Assembly (NCBI GenBank): GCA_051418015.1
Contig: JBPRGF010000033.1
Span: 352,001-416,000 of the forward strand
DNA from: Candidatus Nitrospinota bacterium M3_3B_026
GTDB lineage: Bacteria > Nitrospinota_A > UBA7883 > JBPRGF01
Direction: 5' to 3'
DNA: 64,000 nt
Shown: one piece after another, positions 61,055 through 64,000 of the stretch
Layout of the letters: each line of letters begins with the position of its first letter
Numbering within the stretch: position 1 is the stretch's first letter
Notes under the pieces: model-generated
What the model saw: the letters and a program-made list of their open reading frames with translations, nothing else
What the model was told of the DNA's origin: nothing
Databases searched by the model: none
Translations under genes and position numbers: made by a program

Positions 61055-62197
61055 ATGATGTCCGGGAAAAACAGCATATTCTGGCACGAGGACGACCTCG
61101 CCGCCCTGAACGGCGCCGCGCCGATAAACGAAAAACTCGCCGTCATACACAACGCCGTCCGGAGACGGTTCGATTTCATCGACCGGATCGCTGTCGCCAT
61201 GTATGACGAGGAATCCGGGATGCTCTCCACGTACATATGCAGCGGCGACGCCAGGCCGCTTGTCCACTATGAGACGACGCTGGACAGGGCGCCCTCCCTC
61301 GAACAAATAGTGAAAAAGGGCCGGCCCAGGGTGGTCAACGACCTGTCCGTCTTCGACGAGGGCAGGGCCCCACACACGCTGGCCATCAAGGGGCAGGGCT
61401 ACGCCTCCAGCTACACCACGCCCATGTATCTCGACGGCGTGGCGGAAGGGTTCCTCTTTTTCAACTCATACCAGAAGAACCGCTTCATGGAGGATGTCCT
61501 GAAAAGCCTGGACGTCTTCGCGCACCTTGCCGCCTCGGTCATAGCCAACGAGATGCTGGCCGCCCGCACACTGCTTGCGGCCTTGAGAACATCCAACGCC
61601 ATCGTGCACCATAGGGACCCGGAGACCAGCGGGCACCTTAACAGGATGGCCGGCTACTGCCACGTCATCGCCAACGACCTCGCCGCCACGGGCAAGCATG
61701 ACTTCGATGACAAGTTCATCGAGGACGTCTTTCTCTTCGCGCCGATGCATGACATCGGCAAGATCGGGATACCCGACAGCGTCCTTAAAAAGAGAGGGAA
61801 GCTGACGGAGAAAGAGTTCGAGTTGATGAAAAAGCACACCACGAAGGGCCGCCAGATAATCGACGCCATGATAGAGAACTTCAACCTCGGCTCGTTTCTG
61901 AACATAGATGTTCTGCGCAACATCGCTGAAAGCCATCACGAGGCGATGGACGGCTCCGGCTATCCCCGCGGGGCGAAAGGCGACGAGATACCCATAGAGG
62001 CCAGGATCATCGCCGTGGCGGACGTTTTCGACGCACTGACCAGCCACCGCGTATACAAGCAGGCCTGGACGAACGACGAGGCTTTCGCCTCTCTGCGAAG
62101 GCTCGCCAAGTCCAAGCTGGACCGCGATTGCGTGGAGGCGCTGGAGAGAAGCAGGAAAACGGTGGAAAGGCTCCAGGCCAGGTTCGGGAAGGATTGA
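61055..62197 (+). CDS. GAF + HD-GYP phosphodiesterase
   Basis: RDPETSGH, HDIGKIGIPD, HHEAMDGSGYP, VADVFDALTS.R. Confidence 0.92.
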   Translation: MMSGKNSIFWHEDDLAALNGAAPINEKLAVIHNAVRRRFDFIDRIAVAMYDEESGMLSTYICSGDARPLVHYETTLDRAPSLEQIVKKGRPRVVNDLSVFDEGRAPHTLAIKGQGYASSYTTPMYLDGVAEGFLFFNSYQKNRFMEDVLKSLDVFAHLAASVIANEMLAARTLLAALRTSNAIVHHRDPETSGHLNRMAGYCHVIANDLAATGKHDFDDKFIEDVFLFAPMHDIGKIGIPDSVLKKRGKLTEKEFELMKKHTTKGRQIIDAMIENFNLGSFLNIDVLRNIAESHHEAMDGSGYPRGAKGDEIPIEARIIAVADVFDALTSHRVYKQAWTNDEAFASLRRLAKSKLDRDCVEALERSRKTVERLQARFGKD

Positions 62198-62212
62198 GAC
62201 GAGGGGCCGGGG

Positions 62213-63280
62213 TCAATCCTTCTCCTTCTCCAGCCTCACCTTTTCCGCCTCGATCTTCTCCTCAAGAAATTTCTTGTACCTGTCGTTGCGGGCCATTTTC
62301 TCATCCGCCTTCGCCCGCGCGTCCTCGTTTTCGGTCTTGCTGCGCTCCTCTTTCAGGGCGGCGGTCTCCTCCACCATCTGCTCAAGCCGCGATTTCAGAT
62401 CCTCCAGCAACGCGGCGCGCTCCGCCTTTTTGAAGACTTTTTCCTCGGCGCCCTCTCTTTCGCCGTCTTCCTCTTTTTTTTCCGGTACCGGCTCCGGGAT
62501 GAAGACTTTTTCGGGAGGGAGGGCGCGCTGGTTCATGAAGGTGGGAGAGACTATCTCTATGCCATGCCCGCTCAGGGAGTCCAGTATGTTCTCTCGCAGC
62601 CGCGAGCGGGTGGAGATCAGTGTCTTCACGTCCTCCAGGAAACCGGAGGCGCGATAGGTGACCGAGAAATCGCCCAACTCCAGAACATGGACAAAGGGAT
62701 CCTTCAGCTTCGTCCTCTCCACCGCCTCGATCAACGCCTTTTCCACCTTGGCGCGCGGGACATCATACCCAAGCGACACGCGGGCGGAGACTATCGTCCC
62801 CGAGGAGCGGATGACCGTCACCGGCTGCGTCACCAGCAGAAGGTTGGATATCGTCGTAAGCTCGCTCTTTTCGGTTTGTATCTCGGCGCTCAATATCCCC
62901 TGCTCCGTGACGCGCCCGAACTCGCCGCCGACCTTGATAAAATCGCCGGGGCGGAATTTTTTCATTCCCCGAACCATGAGGCCCGCCATGGCGTTACCCA
63001 CGAACGTTGTCGAAGAGAGGGTTATCACGGCGCTTATGACTATCCCCACGAGGGTCAAAAGCTGCGAGCGGGTGGAATCCTCCACTGGAAGCGCGATGAT
63101 CGCCCCCACAAGACCCACACCGACCAGGGCGAGGATTATGAGGCCCCGCAACAGGGTGTGCTGGCTGGAAAACTCCGGGTACCTTGCGAAAATCCGCTGG
63201 ACGCCGTAAACCAGCAGAGCGGCTACTATGAACACCGCCAGAAATGGCCAGAACTCAACCAGCCTGCCTAGAATATCCAA
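62213..63280 (-). CDS. MscS-family mechanosensitive channel
   Basis: Three TMs; GNAMAG, FRPGDFI, VSLGYD, IEIVSP.FMNQR; coiled C-terminal tail. Confidence 0.85.
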   Translation of the reverse strand: MDILGRLVEFWPFLAVFIVAALLVYGVQRIFARYPEFSSQHTLLRGLIILALVGVGLVGAIIALPVEDSTRSQLLTLVGIVISAVITLSSTTFVGNAMAGLMVRGMKKFRPGDFIKVGGEFGRVTEQGILSAEIQTEKSELTTISNLLLVTQPVTVIRSSGTIVSARVSLGYDVPRAKVEKALIEAVERTKLKDPFVHVLELGDFSVTYRASGFLEDVKTLISTRSRLRENILDSLSGHGIEIVSPTFMNQRALPPEKVFIPEPVPEKKEEDGEREGAEEKVFKKAERAALLEDLKSRLEQMVEETAALKEERSKTENEDARAKADEKMARNDRYKKFLEEKIEAEKVRLEKEKD

Positions 63281-63302
63281 ACCACCTCCATTGTTCTCTC
63301 CG

Positions 63303-64000
63303 TCAGTCCTCTTCCACCCAGCCCATCCTGGCGAATATGGGCCAGTGAACGATCCTCTCCACCTCCGGCCCGCCCCATGCCTCGGCGATCTCGGAGGATA
63401 TCCTCTCCAGCGGTTCGTAGCCCCTATCGTCCCTGAACCGTTTCACGGACGACCATGTCCCCAGATACCCCAGGAACATGTCCGCCGTCCAGAGCGCCTG
63501 CATCGTGAAAAAGAGGCTCTCTGTTTTTTCGAAGTCGAATGGAATGGTCCTGTACTCCTCGTCTATGTAGCGCCTCTCCGGCGGCCAGTAGGGGCCAAGA
63601 ATTTTTTCATAGAGATGGGATGTGATCCCGTCGATCTCCGGTGACACGTTCGCCAGGCCGTAGACCCAAGCCGCCACGGCGCCGCCGGGCCTCAACACAC
63701 GTTTGGCTTCCCTATAGAACTTGTCCAGGTCGAACCAGTGCAGCGCCTGCGCCACTGTTACAAGATCCACGCTGTCGTCTTTCAGGCAGCACTCCTCGGC
63801 CCTCGCCACAACACGATGAACGCCCGCGCGTCCGGCGGCTTTCTCCAGAAGCCGCAGGCTTATGTCCGTGCCCACCACAACGTCGAAATAGTCCGCCAGT
63901 TTCCCCGCCGCCTTGCCAGTCCCGCATCCGGCGTCCCAGGCGGCCTTTTTGCCGGGGACTTTGCCCGCGACCGTATCGAAAAGGGTTACGGGATAGTCCG
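63303..64000 (-). CDS. Class I SAM-dependent methyltransferase, 5' end outside the window
   Basis: Frame open to the window edge: DYP..LF..AWDAGCGTG; VTVAQALHWF, RVLRPGG. Confidence 0.88.
   Translation of the reverse strand, partial: DYPVTLFDTVAGKVPGKKAAWDAGCGTGKAAGKLADYFDVVVGTDISLRLLEKAAGRAGVHRVVARAEECCLKDDSVDLVTVAQALHWFDLDKFYREAKRVLRPGGAVAAWVYGLANVSPEIDGITSHLYEKILGPYWPPERRYIDEEYRTIPFDFEKTESLFFTMQALWTADMFLGYLGTWSSVKRFRDDRGYEPLERISSEIAEAWGGPEVERIVHWPIFARMGWVEED

Overview
GC-rich bacterial chromosomal window, mostly housekeeping genes. The gene set suggests a Nitrospinota- or Desulfobacterota-like organism; this is an inference and not verified. Left to right: two complementary or degenerate GlmU-like genes; a methanofuran-type mfnD/mfnF pair; thyX, gltX, aspS; a partial type IV pilus locus (PilT-type ATPase, zinc-ribbon protein, pilC, pilS); dcd; ilvB-ilvN-ilvC-psd-pssA-mgtE; an SspB-like adaptor; a diheme lipoprotein with a GAF-GGDEF gene; cytochrome c peroxidase; an atypical ClpX-like ATPase; a metal-binding protein; trxA next to a sigma54 activator; miaB; exbB/exbD; an OmcE-like five-heme cytochrome; rmlB/rmlD; a NodIJ-like ABC pair; transaldolase; accB/accC; gpmI; leuB-asd; cysC; msrA/msrB; tRNA-Arg(CCT) with an integrase relic; then a chemoreceptor, aconitase, Na+/solute symporter, HD-GYP protein, MscS and a methyltransferase. 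The most striking locus is 35.3-36.8 kb: a probably sigma54-driven, nanowire-type (OmcE-like) cytochrome gene with an extra fifth heme motif in a codon-atypical insert. It is bracketed by direct repeats of its own 3' end/5' start junction, and a dispersed palindromic element is translated in-frame ahead of its signal peptide. All homology calls come from motif recognition; no searches were run.
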